Assembly: GCA_963809895.1 (NCBI GenBank)
Contig: CAWELD010000003.1
Span: 1,120,001-1,184,000, forward strand
Direction of reading: 5' to 3'
DNA: 64,000 bases
Origin: an uncultured Gemmatimonadales bacterium
Lineage (GTDB): Bacteria; Gemmatimonadota; Gemmatimonadetes; Longimicrobiales; Gaopeijiaceae
The stretch's first letter is position 1. Each line of letters starts with the position of its first letter. Positions 1-9,124 of the stretch are shown here, in pieces. A program made the translations under genes and the position numbers. The notes below the pieces were generated by a model that did not search any database, was not told the origin of the DNA, and saw only the letters and a list, made by a program, of their open reading frames with translations.

Positions 1-305
1 AGGACCCGCCAGTTGAAGTCGAGCCAGCTCAACTCTCGATTGAAATAGAGCGCCGGGGCGCTCAGCTCCAGCTCCGAGCCTTTGTCAGGCCTGGGCCTCA
101 CCGCCCGCGGCGGGCGCCGCAGTTCGAGCCGCCACGCTCCAGCCCCCACTCCCCCCACGGGCTCGCGAGCCGGCTCGGACGGATGTCCGTTCCAGGCGTC
201 GGGTGACGCACGGTGGCCCCCGGAGCGCTCGGATCCGGGAGTCGGGCGTCGGGTCAGGTCGGAAGGAAGATCGGCGCGCACGGAAACAGCATGGGATGGG
301 CACAC
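1..305 (-). CDS. ppk1: Polyphosphate kinase 1, N-terminus (runs off the left edge; start codon uncertain, GTG at 281/305/317)
   Basis: Manual translation of minus-strand 50..1 gives LYFNRELSWLDFNWRV, the conserved PPK1 N-terminal motif; not in the ORF track because it is truncated. Confidence 0.8.
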   Translation of the reverse strand, partial: MCPSHAVSVRADLPSDLTRRPTPGSERSGGHRASPDAWNGHPSEPAREPVGGVGAGAWRLELRRPPRAVRPRPDKGSELELSAPALYFNRELSWLDFNWRV

Positions 306-365
306 CTCAGGAGCCACCCCGGAGGTGTCACGAGTTGGTAACCGGCCAATGGCCACGAAGGAGAT

Positions 366-776
366 TCAATCCTCGGGCTCCAGGCCCTCGATACGGTGGC
401 CGGACCGCTCGGTGGTGGGGGCGTCGGCCGGACGATAGAGAATCACGCGCGCACGCTCCAGGGTGATGAGGCCTCCGCCGATCATCCCGTCCAGCTCGGG
501 CAGGAGCTCCTGGATCTTCTCCTCGGTCTCGATCACTTCCACGACGATGGGAAGGTCCAGCGACAGCCGCAGGATGCGGTCCGTGTGCACGCGGGCGCTG
601 GCGCCGAAGCCGGCGACGCCCCGAAGCACCGTGGCGCCGGCGAAGCCCCGCTCACGCAGCAGCCTGAGGAGGGCATCGTAGAGCGGCCGACCCCGGTGGG
701 GCCCCTCCTCGCAGCGGTCGCTCTCACCGATGAAGATGCGCATGAGGGTGCGCTCGCCCGTGAAGCGGTGCGTCAT
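366..776 (-). CDS. DUF190 family PII-like protein
   Basis: MRIFIGESD...GATVLRGVAGFGAS...LSLDLPIVVEVI; typical partner of crcB. Confidence 0.85.
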   Translation of the reverse strand: MTHRFTGERTLMRIFIGESDRCEEGPHRGRPLYDALLRLLRERGFAGATVLRGVAGFGASARVHTDRILRLSLDLPIVVEVIETEEKIQELLPELDGMIGGGLITLERARVILYRPADAPTTERSGHRIEGLEPED

Positions 777-780
777 GCTG

Positions 781-1164
781 TCACCCCCTGGAGTGGAGGA
801 CGTAACCCGCGGCCGTGAGGCCGGCGAGCACCGACACGAGACCGGCCAGCAGGCTCCCCAACGAATAGAGCCCTGCCCGCGCCCACTCACCGTCGCGGAG
901 TAGCGCCACGGTCTCGAAGCTGTAGGTGCTGAAGGTGGTGAAGGCCCCCAGCAGTCCGATGGTCACGAAGGCGCGGGTCTCCGGAGAGGACGCGAGGTGC
1001 TCCAGCAACCTGATGGAGAGGCCGATGAAGAACGATCCCACCACGTTCACCGCCAGGGTACCCCACGGCATCTCCGAGCCGGCCCAGGCATGTACCCAGC
1101 CGCTCACCTTGTAGCGGAGCACGCCGCCCAGGGCGCTGCCCAGAGCCACGAACAGAAGGATCAT
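781..1164 (-). CDS. crcB: Fluoride efflux channel CrcB/Fluc
   Basis: GGVLRY, WGTLAVN and GLLGAFTTFSTYSFE motifs; 127 aa, 4 TM. Confidence 0.95.
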   Translation of the reverse strand: MILLFVALGSALGGVLRYKVSGWVHAWAGSEMPWGTLAVNVVGSFFIGLSIRLLEHLASSPETRAFVTIGLLGAFTTFSTYSFETVALLRDGEWARAGLYSLGSLLAGLVSVLAGLTAAGYVLHSRG

Positions 1165-1215
1165 CCCGTGTCCTCGACGCGAAGAACTCTCGCCGACCCG
1201 TGTGGCGGAGAGGAA

Positions 1216-1289
1216 TCGGGGCGCCGGGATTCGAACCCGGGACCTCCTGCTCCCAAAGCAGGCGCGCTACCGGACTGCGCCACGCCCCG
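1216..1289 (-). tRNA. tRNA-Pro(TGG)
   Basis: Reverse complement CGGGGCGTGGCGCAGTCCGGTAGCGCGCCTGCTTTGGGAGCAGGAGGTCCCGGGTTCGAATCCCGGCGCCCCGA folds as a cloverleaf; anticodon TGG; CCA not encoded. Confidence 0.95.
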
Positions 1290-1388
1290 TATTACAGCGT
1301 TCCGGTCCAACGAACGCCACGAAGCTAGTCCCTCGCCCGGCTCACTGGTAGGCGTGGCGGCCGTGGGCCCCCATGCTCGGAATCACCC

Positions 1389-2750
1389 TCAGCTACCGGG
1401 CCCCGCCGTCAACTGGGTCTCGAAGAAGAGCTCGCTCCAGCAGTAGACGCGGCCCATGCCCGTGAGGGCGCAGCCCGAGTACCCCTTGGTGGACACCTGG
1501 GTCACCGTCTCGCCTCCGAATTCCAGGAGGGGCAGGACCTCGAACCAGTCGCGGAGGCAGACGAACCCGTCGTCTTCGGGCATGCAAGGCATTCCCGCTT
1601 TCAAGAAGGGCTCATCGAGGTTGTCGACGTCGTAGCGGTACACCCCCTCCTGGGCGGTGGCCTCGAGCTTGGCGAGCACCTCTTCGGGAACCGAGCCGTA
1701 CAGGTTGGGCCAGCACGTCACGGTCGCGTCTTCCAGGAGCGCGCACAGAGGCGTGTTGAGGACCGCGGGTCCGGACAGGGGCACCTCGGTGGGCGCCGCG
1801 CCGGCGAAGTTCAACCAGCTCGGCCCCGAGGGCGGCAAGGCACCCCACAGGAAGACACGTCCGTCCGCGGTCCGGCCCGCCACCGCCTCGTCCCCGGCCC
1901 AGGCGTCGTTGGCGGACAGGGCGACGAAGGACTCACCCCCCGACACCGGTCCCGGCACGGAGGAACTCTCGGTGGTGCCGTTGCCCAGCATTCCCCCGCG
2001 ACCGAATCCCCAGCAGTACGCCCGTCCCGAGTCCCGTTCCAACCCGCAGGTGGTGGCCGCACCCGCCTCCAGGTCGGAGAACCGGACCCCACCCAGCACG
2101 GAGTCGGGGACCGAGGCGCGGCTGAGCTGATCGGCGAACACGGCGCGGCCGAGTTGCCCCACCCCGTTGGAGCCCCAGCACCACGCGCGGCCGTCGGTGG
2201 CCAACGCACAGGCATGCGACAGGCCGGTGGTGACGTCCTGGAAATCCCCCTGAACCCGCACCCGCACCGGGCGCGCTCGCCCGGCGAAGGTACCGTTGCC
2301 CAGCTCGCCGTCGTCCCCGAATCCCCAGCAGTAGACGTGGCGCAGCTCGTTGAGCCCGCACGAGAAGGAGCCGCCGGTGCTGACGGCCGTGAAGCGGCCG
2401 GGATCGAAGACACCCTCCACCAGGAGCGTGGTCCGCTCCAACGCCTCCACGGAGGCGGTCCCCGTACCAGCCGTGACCATCGCGTCCTCGTCCAGGCCGG
2501 ACACCGAGACCTGATACGACCCCGCAGGCACGTCTTGGAAAAGCGCCACGCCGTCAGCGTCGGTGACCTCCGACCGGGTAGCGCGAGGTCCCGAGATGCC
2601 CACGGTCACGCCCGCCTGCCCCCATCCTCCGATCTCGACGGTGACCTCGAGCTGCCCGCTGGGACCGTCTCCATCGGGCCCCGTGGCGTCGCTCCCGCAC
2701 CCGGCGAGGGCCGCCACCAGGAGCCAGACCGGCGACAGGCTGCGGTTCAT
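1389..2750 (-). CDS. Lipoprotein with prealbumin-like/carboxypeptidase-regulatory domain and RCC1 repeats
   Basis: Lipobox LAGC; repeated CGL...YCWGxGxxGxLG RCC1-like units. Confidence 0.8.
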   Translation of the reverse strand: MNRSLSPVWLLVAALAGCGSDATGPDGDGPSGQLEVTVEIGGWGQAGVTVGISGPRATRSEVTDADGVALFQDVPAGSYQVSVSGLDEDAMVTAGTGTASVEALERTTLLVEGVFDPGRFTAVSTGGSFSCGLNELRHVYCWGFGDDGELGNGTFAGRARPVRVRVQGDFQDVTTGLSHACALATDGRAWCWGSNGVGQLGRAVFADQLSRASVPDSVLGGVRFSDLEAGAATTCGLERDSGRAYCWGFGRGGMLGNGTTESSSVPGPVSGGESFVALSANDAWAGDEAVAGRTADGRVFLWGALPPSGPSWLNFAGAAPTEVPLSGPAVLNTPLCALLEDATVTCWPNLYGSVPEEVLAKLEATAQEGVYRYDVDNLDEPFLKAGMPCMPEDDGFVCLRDWFEVLPLLEFGGETVTQVSTKGYSGCALTGMGRVYCWSELFFETQLTAGPGS

Positions 2751-3082
2751 GACGTAGCCTCCTCCACGCCGTCCTCTTCTTCGGCCAGCCGACGCAGGTA
2801 GTCGAAGGGATAGATCCCGGTGGAGTGGCCATCGCTCCACATGAACTGCAGGGCATAGCGACCGACGTAGTGGATGGCGGTCGGATAGACGTCGTCGGGC
2901 ACCATGGCGGGCACGAGGATCCGCTGGCCGGTCTGCTCGTCCACGCAACCGGCGCAGGGGCACCGGAGCCTCAGGGTGCGGGGCTCGTAGAAACTCTCTT
3001 CGCCATCACCCCAGAGGATCCGCAGACGCGTGCCCTGGGCGTCGGGACCGATCTCCTCGGGGTGGAACCTCGGCTCGCTCAT
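2747..3082 (-). CDS. DUF971 (GBBH-like N-terminal) protein
   Basis: LRLRCPCAGC and GRYALQFMWSDGHSTGIYPFDYL motifs; C-terminal part of ORF 2747..3709. Confidence 0.85.
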   Translation of the reverse strand: MSEPRFHPEEIGPDAQGTRLRILWGDGEESFYEPRTLRLRCPCAGCVDEQTGQRILVPAMVPDDVYPTAIHYVGRYALQFMWSDGHSTGIYPFDYLRRLAEEEDGVEEATS

Positions 3083-3696
3083 GGTCCTCGCAGATGCTGC
3101 GCCAGCGCCCGGAAGGCCTTGCCGCGGTGGCTGCGCGCGTTCTTCGCTTCCGCATCGATCTCGGCGAACGTCCGGCCGAGCTCGGGATCGAAGAAGAGGG
3201 GATCGTAGCCGAACCCTCCTTCGCCGCGTCCCTCCGTCAGGATGACGCCTTCGGCTTCGCCTCGAAAGACCACCGCGTCCGCACCCGTCTCGGGAACCAG
3301 GGCGACACAGCAGACGTAGCGCGCCGTGCGCGCCGCATCCGGCGTTCCATCCAGGACCCGCAACAGATGCGCATTGTTGGCGAGGTCGCGCTCGAGCCCC
3401 TCGGCGTCGCCGGGCGCGAAACGCTTGGAGCGCACTCCGGGAGCGCCGTCCAGGGCATCCACCGCCAATCCCGAATCGTCGGCCACCGCGGGCAAGCCCC
3501 CGAGTCGCTGGAAGTAGCGGGCCTTGGACGCCGCGTTGGCCTCGAAGGTGTGGAAGGGCTCCAGCGTCTCTTCCACGGGGTCGGGGGCGATGCCCGCGTC
3601 GTCCGGGCCCACCAGCTCCAGCCCCGGAACGTCGGCCAGGATCCGCCGGATCTCCCGCAGCTTGTGGGGGCTGCGGGTGGCCACCAGGAGCTTCAC
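3079..3696 (-). CDS. rdgB: Non-canonical purine NTP pyrophosphatase (dITP/XTP)
   Basis: [24 protein letters not shown] and SHRGKA motifs; follows rph. Confidence 0.95.
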   Translation of the reverse strand: MKLLVATRSPHKLREIRRILADVPGLELVGPDDAGIAPDPVEETLEPFHTFEANAASKARYFQRLGGLPAVADDSGLAVDALDGAPGVRSKRFAPGDAEGLERDLANNAHLLRVLDGTPDAARTARYVCCVALVPETGADAVVFRGEAEGVILTEGRGEGGFGYDPLFFDPELGRTFAEIDAEAKNARSHRGKAFRALAQHLRGP

Positions 3697-4412
3697 GCCG
3701 CGCTCGCACCCCGGCCCAGCGCCGCGCGCTGCGCCCCCACCAGGCGCTCGATCCCCCCCAGGGCCAGGTCCATGAGGCGGTCCAGCTCGTCGCGGGTGAA
3801 GGGGTCGCCCTCGGCCGTGCCCTGCACCTCCACCAGGCGGCCGGACTCCGTGGCCACGACGTTCATGTCCACCTGAGCCGACGAGTCGAGGGGATAGTCC
3901 AGGTCCAGAACCGGCCGACCCTCCACGATGCCCACGCTCACGGCCGCCACGAGCTCGCGCATGGGATGACGCTCCAGGAGTCCTTCGTCCACCAGCGCGG
4001 CGCAGGCCCGGTAGAGGGCGACGCAGGCGCCGGTGATGGACGCCGTGCGCGTGCCGCCGTCGGCCTGGAGCACGTCACAATCCAGGGTCACCGTCCGCGG
4101 CCCGAGGGCCGGCAGGTCCATGACCGAGCGCAGCGAGCGGCCGATGAGCCGCTGGATCTCCTGCGTTCGCCCGCGCACGTGGCCTCGCTCGCGCGACGTT
4201 CTCGTGTGCGTAGAGCGCGGGAGCATGCCGTACTCGGCCGTGACCCAGCCGTGCCCGCTGCGCTCCCGCCAGGCCGGCACTCCCTCCTCGACCGATGCAG
4301 TGCACAGGACCCGGGTGTCACCGGTGGCGATGAGACAGGACCCCTCCGCGTACGGCGAGGGGTCCAGGGTCAGGTCGAGGGGACGGAGCGCATCGGGAGG
4401 TCTGGAGCTCAT
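3693..4412 (-). CDS. rph: Ribonuclease PH
   Basis: [28 protein letters not shown] and [18 protein letters not shown] motifs. Confidence 0.97.
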   Translation of the reverse strand: MSSRPPDALRPLDLTLDPSPYAEGSCLIATGDTRVLCTASVEEGVPAWRERSGHGWVTAEYGMLPRSTHTRTSRERGHVRGRTQEIQRLIGRSLRSVMDLPALGPRTVTLDCDVLQADGGTRTASITGACVALYRACAALVDEGLLERHPMRELVAAVSVGIVEGRPVLDLDYPLDSSAQVDMNVVATESGRLVEVQGTAEGDPFTRDELDRLMDLALGGIERLVGAQRAALGRGASAA

Positions 4413-4891
4413 GTCTTCTCTCGGATACGGTGCAGGAGGTCGGTGGTGGAGTACCCCGGGAGGAATGGAATGACCCGGACCTCGCCACCGTCGGCCTCCA
4501 CCTCGTCGCGACCGACGATGGTGTCCAGATCATAGTCCCCACCCTTCACGAGCACGTCGGGGCGGAGCGCCTCGATGAGGGCCAGGGGCGTGTCCTCGTC
4601 GAAGAGGCTCACCGCGCTCACGGCGGCCAGCCCGGCGAGCACCCGGGCGCGGTCCCCTTCCGGTACCAGCGGCCGCGCAGGGCCCTTGAGCCTGGCGACC
4701 GACGCGTCGGTGTTGACGCCGACGACGAGCACGTCGCCCAACGCCCGCGCCGCTTCCAGGTACGCCACGTGACCGGGATGCAGGAGATCGAAGCAGCCGT
4801 TGGTGAAGACCAGCGTGCCGCGGCGTGGACGTCCGTGCCGCGCCAGGAGCGCCGGGCGATCCAGGATCTTGGCGCGCGTGTCGATGCTCAC
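4409..4891 (-). CDS. rfaE2: D-glycero-beta-D-manno-heptose 1-phosphate adenylyltransferase
   Basis: [29 protein letters not shown] and GYSTT motifs; GTG start overlaps the lptE stop. Confidence 0.92.
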   Translation of the reverse strand: MSIDTRAKILDRPALLARHGRPRRGTLVFTNGCFDLLHPGHVAYLEAARALGDVLVVGVNTDASVARLKGPARPLVPEGDRARVLAGLAAVSAVSLFDEDTPLALIEALRPDVLVKGGDYDLDTIVGRDEVEADGGEVRVIPFLPGYSTTDLLHRIREKT

Positions 4892-5412
4892 CAGGTGGAC
4901 TGGGCCCCGTCCACGATCTTCTGGACGAGGAGCTCGATGGCCAGTTGGCGCCCCGTGTCCTCGGTCTCGGACGCTTCCAGGTACTCGCCCTGGGTGCGCA
5001 GCGAAGTGCTCTCCCAGAGCACCAGGTTCTGGCGAAGGTCCACGATGCGGACGGAGATGGCGATGGCCACCTGTCGCTGCAGGACCTCCGGCCGATCGCC
5101 GGCCGCGCCGGGCCGGTAGTTGGGCGCGGTGACGTCGTACGAGGTGATGGTGCCCTGCACCACGGCGTCGGCCACCTCCTCGCCGGCGGTACGAACCCCC
5201 AGCGAGCGCGGAAGCTCGCGCAGCAGCACGTCGTACACCTCCTGGGTCAGCTCCAGGCGATCCGTGTCGTTCTCGAACGGCGCCACGGCCAGGGTCTTGA
5301 TGTCCCCGAGGCTCGCCCCGGCGCGGAAGCCGTACAGACAACCCGCCTGGCTCAGCGCCAGGACGAGTGCCAGCGTCAGGCCGGCGCGACGGACGAGCGT
5401 CTTCGAGACCAT
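4888..5412 (-). CDS. lptE: LPS assembly lipoprotein LptE
   Basis: Lipobox QAGC followed by [27 protein letters not shown]-terminal W; LPS gene context. Confidence 0.75.
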   Translation of the reverse strand: MVSKTLVRRAGLTLALVLALSQAGCLYGFRAGASLGDIKTLAVAPFENDTDRLELTQEVYDVLLRELPRSLGVRTAGEEVADAVVQGTITSYDVTAPNYRPGAAGDRPEVLQRQVAIAISVRIVDLRQNLVLWESTSLRTQGEYLEASETEDTGRQLAIELLVQKIVDGAQSTW

Positions 5413-5415
5413 GCG

Positions 5416-6144
5416 TCAGGGGATCCAGATGTCGGGGGGATACGGTTCCACGTGCTCGACGGACTCCCGGGTGATGCGGAGCTCCCGGAAGGACGTGAGA
5501 TCACGGTACACCACCTCGGAGGGGAATGCATCACCGTCGCTCTCCACGGTAAGCCGCTGGATCACGCTCCCCGACCTGGAGACCTCCACGTCGCGAATGC
5601 GGCGATTCTCGTCCAGGTGGTATACGACCTGATCGCCGTTCGCGAGCCGGTACTCGAGCTGGACCCCGCCTTCGTCGAGGCGCTGCCCTCCCGCCAGGCC
5701 GATGCCCATGCCCGGACGAAAGACGCCCAGCGTGCCCCACATGAGGTGCGACGGCGGGAGGATCCCGTCCGGCACCCCAGCGGGGATGCGCAGGTCGTCG
5801 TTCACCATGGCGGCCCGCGCAGCCGTCTCGCCGTTGCTGAGGAAGAGGTCGAGGCGGGCGTGATACGGCGGCTCCACCCGCGCCACTCCGCGGCCCGACA
5901 CCCGCACCCCCTGCTCGCTCAAGGACCAGGAGAAGACGATGCGCGAGGGCTCCTGCAACGCCGTGGCGCGCTCCGCCCGGAGGGCAACCTGATTGGCGTC
6001 GAGCGGGGGGCCCATGATCACGACCTGTCGCCGGCCGCTACAGGCCCCGGCGGCGAGGGACAGGAGCGCGACGAGACCGCAGACGATCCGCGATGGTACA
6101 GACCGCCGCTGGTCGCCGGCTTGTCGCAGGAGGGTCACACCCAA
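5416..6144 (-). CDS. Hypothetical lipoprotein (possible LolA/LolB-like fold); start uncertain
   Basis: Hydrophobic stretch ending AGAC; beta-rich body; ends PPDIWIP. Confidence 0.6.
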   Translation of the reverse strand: MGVTLLRQAGDQRRSVPSRIVCGLVALLSLAAGACSGRRQVVIMGPPLDANQVALRAERATALQEPSRIVFSWSLSEQGVRVSGRGVARVEPPYHARLDLFLSNGETAARAAMVNDDLRIPAGVPDGILPPSHLMWGTLGVFRPGMGIGLAGGQRLDEGGVQLEYRLANGDQVVYHLDENRRIRDVEVSRSGSVIQRLTVESDGDAFPSEVVYRDLTSFRELRITRESVEHVEPYPPDIWIP

Positions 6145-6310
6145 AGGAACACCTCGTGGATGAAGGTCGCCACGGAAGCCCATCCGGACCGGAACGCGCG
6201 CAGGCGTCGGGGCCACCGTGGAATGGTCCTCTAAGGTAAGCGGCGGGCGAGAAGTGGCGAAGGGCCGTGCGCTTGTGGCAGGTCGAAGAGATCGCCTACC
6301 TTCCGGCGCC

Positions 6311-7063
6311 ATGCCGAAATCCTCTACCGTCTACCTCGCCAGCGACGTCCATCTGGGCTCCGTCTCGAGCGAGCGCGAGCGCGCCTTCGTGGCCTGGCTC
6401 GAGTGGGCCGGAAGCCGGGCCGACGAGCTCGTCCTCAACGGCGACCTCTTCGATTTCTGGTTCGAATACCGCCACGCGATCCCCCGTGGCCACACGCGCG
6501 TGCTCGGCGCGTTGGCCGCACTGGTGGACGCGGGCTTGCCGGTTCGCCTCATGGGGGGGAACCACGACTGGTGGGGAGGCGACTATCTGGAGCAGGAGAT
6601 CGGCGTCACCTTCCACCGCGACCCGGTGATCCTGGACCTGGCGGGCCACCGCACCTTCCTGGCGCACGGCGACGGCCTGGGCTCCGGCGACCTGGGCTAT
6701 CGCATGCTCAAGGGAGTGCTGCGAGGGCGCTTCACGAACTGGGCGTTTCGCTGGCTCCACCCCGACATCGGCGCCCGGGTGGCCCGGCGCGTCTCGGTGA
6801 CGGAGCACCGCACCGGGGGTCCCGAGGCCCACGATCGCGACCGCTCCGACGCGCTCGAGGCCTGGGCGGTGGAGAAGCTCGAGGCCGAGCCGGACCTGGA
6901 CATGGTCGTTCTGGGCCACACGCACATCCCGGTTCTGCGCGCAGTGGGCGACGACCGCTGGTACCTGAACGCCGGCGACTGGGTCTACCACCACTCGTTC
7001 GCCGTGCTGGAACAAGGCCACCCCCCGGAGCTCCTGGATTGGACCGAGGTGGGGGCCGGCTAA
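6311..7063 (+). CDS. lpxH: UDP-2,3-diacylglucosamine hydrolase
   Basis: Calcineurin-like motifs SDVHLG, GDLFDFWFEY, GGNHDWW, AHGDGL, GHTH, NAGDW. Confidence 0.88.
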   Translation: MPKSSTVYLASDVHLGSVSSERERAFVAWLEWAGSRADELVLNGDLFDFWFEYRHAIPRGHTRVLGALAALVDAGLPVRLMGGNHDWWGGDYLEQEIGVTFHRDPVILDLAGHRTFLAHGDGLGSGDLGYRMLKGVLRGRFTNWAFRWLHPDIGARVARRVSVTEHRTGGPEAHDRDRSDALEAWAVEKLEAEPDLDMVVLGHTHIPVLRAVGDDRWYLNAGDWVYHHSFAVLEQGHPPELLDWTEVGAG

Positions 7064-7698
7064 CGCCCTACCGGCACCCGCGCCCCCACGTCCACACCCC
7101 CGTCGGCCCGCGACTGCACCTGGAGCTGGATCGGCCCCGGAAAGTCCTGGAGGTGGGCGCTCACGTAGGCATCGGCGCCGCTCAGGAAGACCAGGAAGAT
7201 GCCGATGGCGGTCCAGTCCTCGGACTGCTGCTTACGGGACTCCACCAGACCCCGGGCGTCGGCCACGCCCTCGTCCACCTCCAACGCCGCATCGATCATG
7301 ACGGGGTCGGTGACGCCCTCGTCGGCCAATCGCCGGCGAACGTTGGCTTCGCGGAGGTCGCGGATCCGGCGGGCGTCGCGCAGACGCGAGCGCGTCCTGA
7401 GGAACATCCACGCCGTCCCCCCCTCGGCGCCCACGTAGAACGCGCCGCGGGACCCTGCCCCGATGGCGGCGTGGCCCCAACCGGGCACGGCCAGCGCCCG
7501 CAGGAACGCACCGCGCGGCGTCACCTGGCCCGGTACCGTCGTCGCCGTATCGGCCTCCGGCGCCACCTGCGGCGGGGCCGCCTGGGCGGCAGCCTCACAC
7601 GGCAGGACCAGAAGGGCCGCAGCGAGAAGGAGCCGAGTGATGATGGTGTCGCGCCTGGATGGAGGACCGGGTGTAACGACCTGGAAGATAGAATCCAA
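7060..7698 (-). CDS. DUF5683-like membrane/secreted protein; start uncertain
   Basis: AFLRALAVPGWGH...DAYVSAHL pattern. Confidence 0.65.
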   Translation of the reverse strand: MDSIFQVVTPGPPSRRDTIITRLLLAAALLVLPCEAAAQAAPPQVAPEADTATTVPGQVTPRGAFLRALAVPGWGHAAIGAGSRGAFYVGAEGGTAWMFLRTRSRLRDARRIRDLREANVRRRLADEGVTDPVMIDAALEVDEGVADARGLVESRKQQSEDWTAIGIFLVFLSGADAYVSAHLQDFPGPIQLQVQSRADGGVDVGARVPVGR

Positions 7699-7789
7699 CC
7701 GCGTGCCAGGTGAAGATCCGGATCGGCCCCGCCGCGGAGCCCGGCGGGGGCCGGACTCCGGACGTCGGCGGGACCGACCCCGATGTGGA

Positions 7790-7886
7790 TGGCGGGAGCG
7801 TGTGGGAATCGAACCCACCGACCCGGGGTCTAGCCGGGCCAGCCGGTTTTGAAGACCGGTGGAGCCACCAGGCCCCATCCGCCCCC
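7790..7886 (-). tRNA. selC: tRNA-Sec (TCA)
   Basis: 97 nt ending GCCA; 6-bp D-stem GGGGCC/GGCTCC with TGGT loop; anticodon arm CCGGT-CTTCAAA-ACCGG; long variable arm; T-arm GTGGG-TTCGATT-CCCAC. Confidence 0.95.
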
Positions 7887-8081
7887 TCGCGCGGCCGCGT
7901 CGGGCCGGGCAGGTAAGTTCCGTAGAGAGCCGGGCAGCTTCAAGGCCCGCGACGCACCGGCCTCCGGGGAGGGAGTGGAGACGGTGCGTGTTCCCTGGGC
8001 CGAGCGCCGCGATCCAGCTACCTTGCGGGCACCCGCGCCGGTCGCCGCGGGTGCCTCAGCCGCCGCATCCTGGAGAACCCT

Positions 8082-9110
8082 ATGGTCACGACCCGCAGCC
8101 GCTCGTCGTCGGCGCCGCTGCGGCCCGTTCCGCCGGGCCACGACGACGCCACACCCGGCCACCCGGTCCGGAATCCCGGCACGCCGTTGGAGCTGGACTG
8201 GGTGCGCGAAGTCCGCGTCAATCGGAGCGCCGTCGAGCGGCGAGCCGCGACGCTGGGCACGCGCCGCTCGGTGAAGAAGGAGTGGCAGGCAGCCTGGCTG
8301 CTGCGGGCTGTGAGCTGCATGGACCTGACCACGCTCTCGGGCGACGACACGCCGGGCCGCGTGCGGCGCTTGTGCGCCAAGGCGCGCCAGCCGGTGCGGC
8401 AAGATCTGCTGGACGCCATGGGCATGGGCGATGCCGGGCTCACCGTGGGCGCCGTATGCGTCTACCACGCCTTCGTGGAGACGGCGGTACGGGCCCTGGA
8501 GGGGACCGACATCCCGGTGGCGGCGGTCTCCACGGGATTCCCCCACGGCCTCAGCCCCCTGAACACCCGCCTGGGCGAGATCAAGGCATCGGTGGCCGCG
8601 GGGGCCCGGGAGATCGACGTGGTGGTGACCCGTTCCCACGTGCTGACGTCGCGCTGGGCCGCGCTCTACGACGAGGTGCGCGCCTTCCGCGACGCCTGCG
8701 GCGAGGCGCACCTGAAGGTGATCCTGGCCACCGGCGAGCTGGGAACGCTACGCAACGTGGCCCGCGCGTCGCTGGTGGCCATGATGGCCGGCGCCGACTT
8801 CATCAAGACCAGCACCGGCAAGGAACCCGTGAACGCCACCCTGCCCGTGGGGCTCACCATGGTGCGGGCCATTCGCGCGTACCGGGAGCGGGTCGGGGTG
8901 GATGTCGGCTTCAAGCCCGCCGGCGGCATTCGCAAGGCCAAGGAAGCGCTGGTCTGGCTCATCCTCATGAAGGAGGAGCTGGGCACCGGCTGGCTGCGCC
9001 CGTCACTCTTCCGCTTCGGCGCCAGCTCGCTGCTGGGCGACATCGAGCGCCAGCTCGAGCATCACGTCACCGGCCGCTACTCCGCGGCACATCGCCATCC
9101 CCTGGCCTGA
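8082..9110 (+). CDS. deoC: Deoxyribose-phosphate aldolase (long type)
   Basis: DLTTLSGDDT, GFPHG, EIDVV, LKVILATGEL, DFIKTSTGK, GFKPAGGIR and RFGASSLL motifs. Confidence 0.95.
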   Translation: MVTTRSRSSSAPLRPVPPGHDDATPGHPVRNPGTPLELDWVREVRVNRSAVERRAATLGTRRSVKKEWQAAWLLRAVSCMDLTTLSGDDTPGRVRRLCAKARQPVRQDLLDAMGMGDAGLTVGAVCVYHAFVETAVRALEGTDIPVAAVSTGFPHGLSPLNTRLGEIKASVAAGAREIDVVVTRSHVLTSRWAALYDEVRAFRDACGEAHLKVILATGELGTLRNVARASLVAMMAGADFIKTSTGKEPVNATLPVGLTMVRAIRAYRERVGVDVGFKPAGGIRKAKEALVWLILMKEELGTGWLRPSLFRFGASSLLGDIERQLEHHVTGRYSAAHRHPLA

Positions 9111-9124
9111 TCGGGATTTCAGAG

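Noticed and set aside
1165..1215. Fluoride riboswitch upstream of crcB
   Set aside because: Only a short hairpin; the conserved riboswitch core is not recognisable and the space is too small
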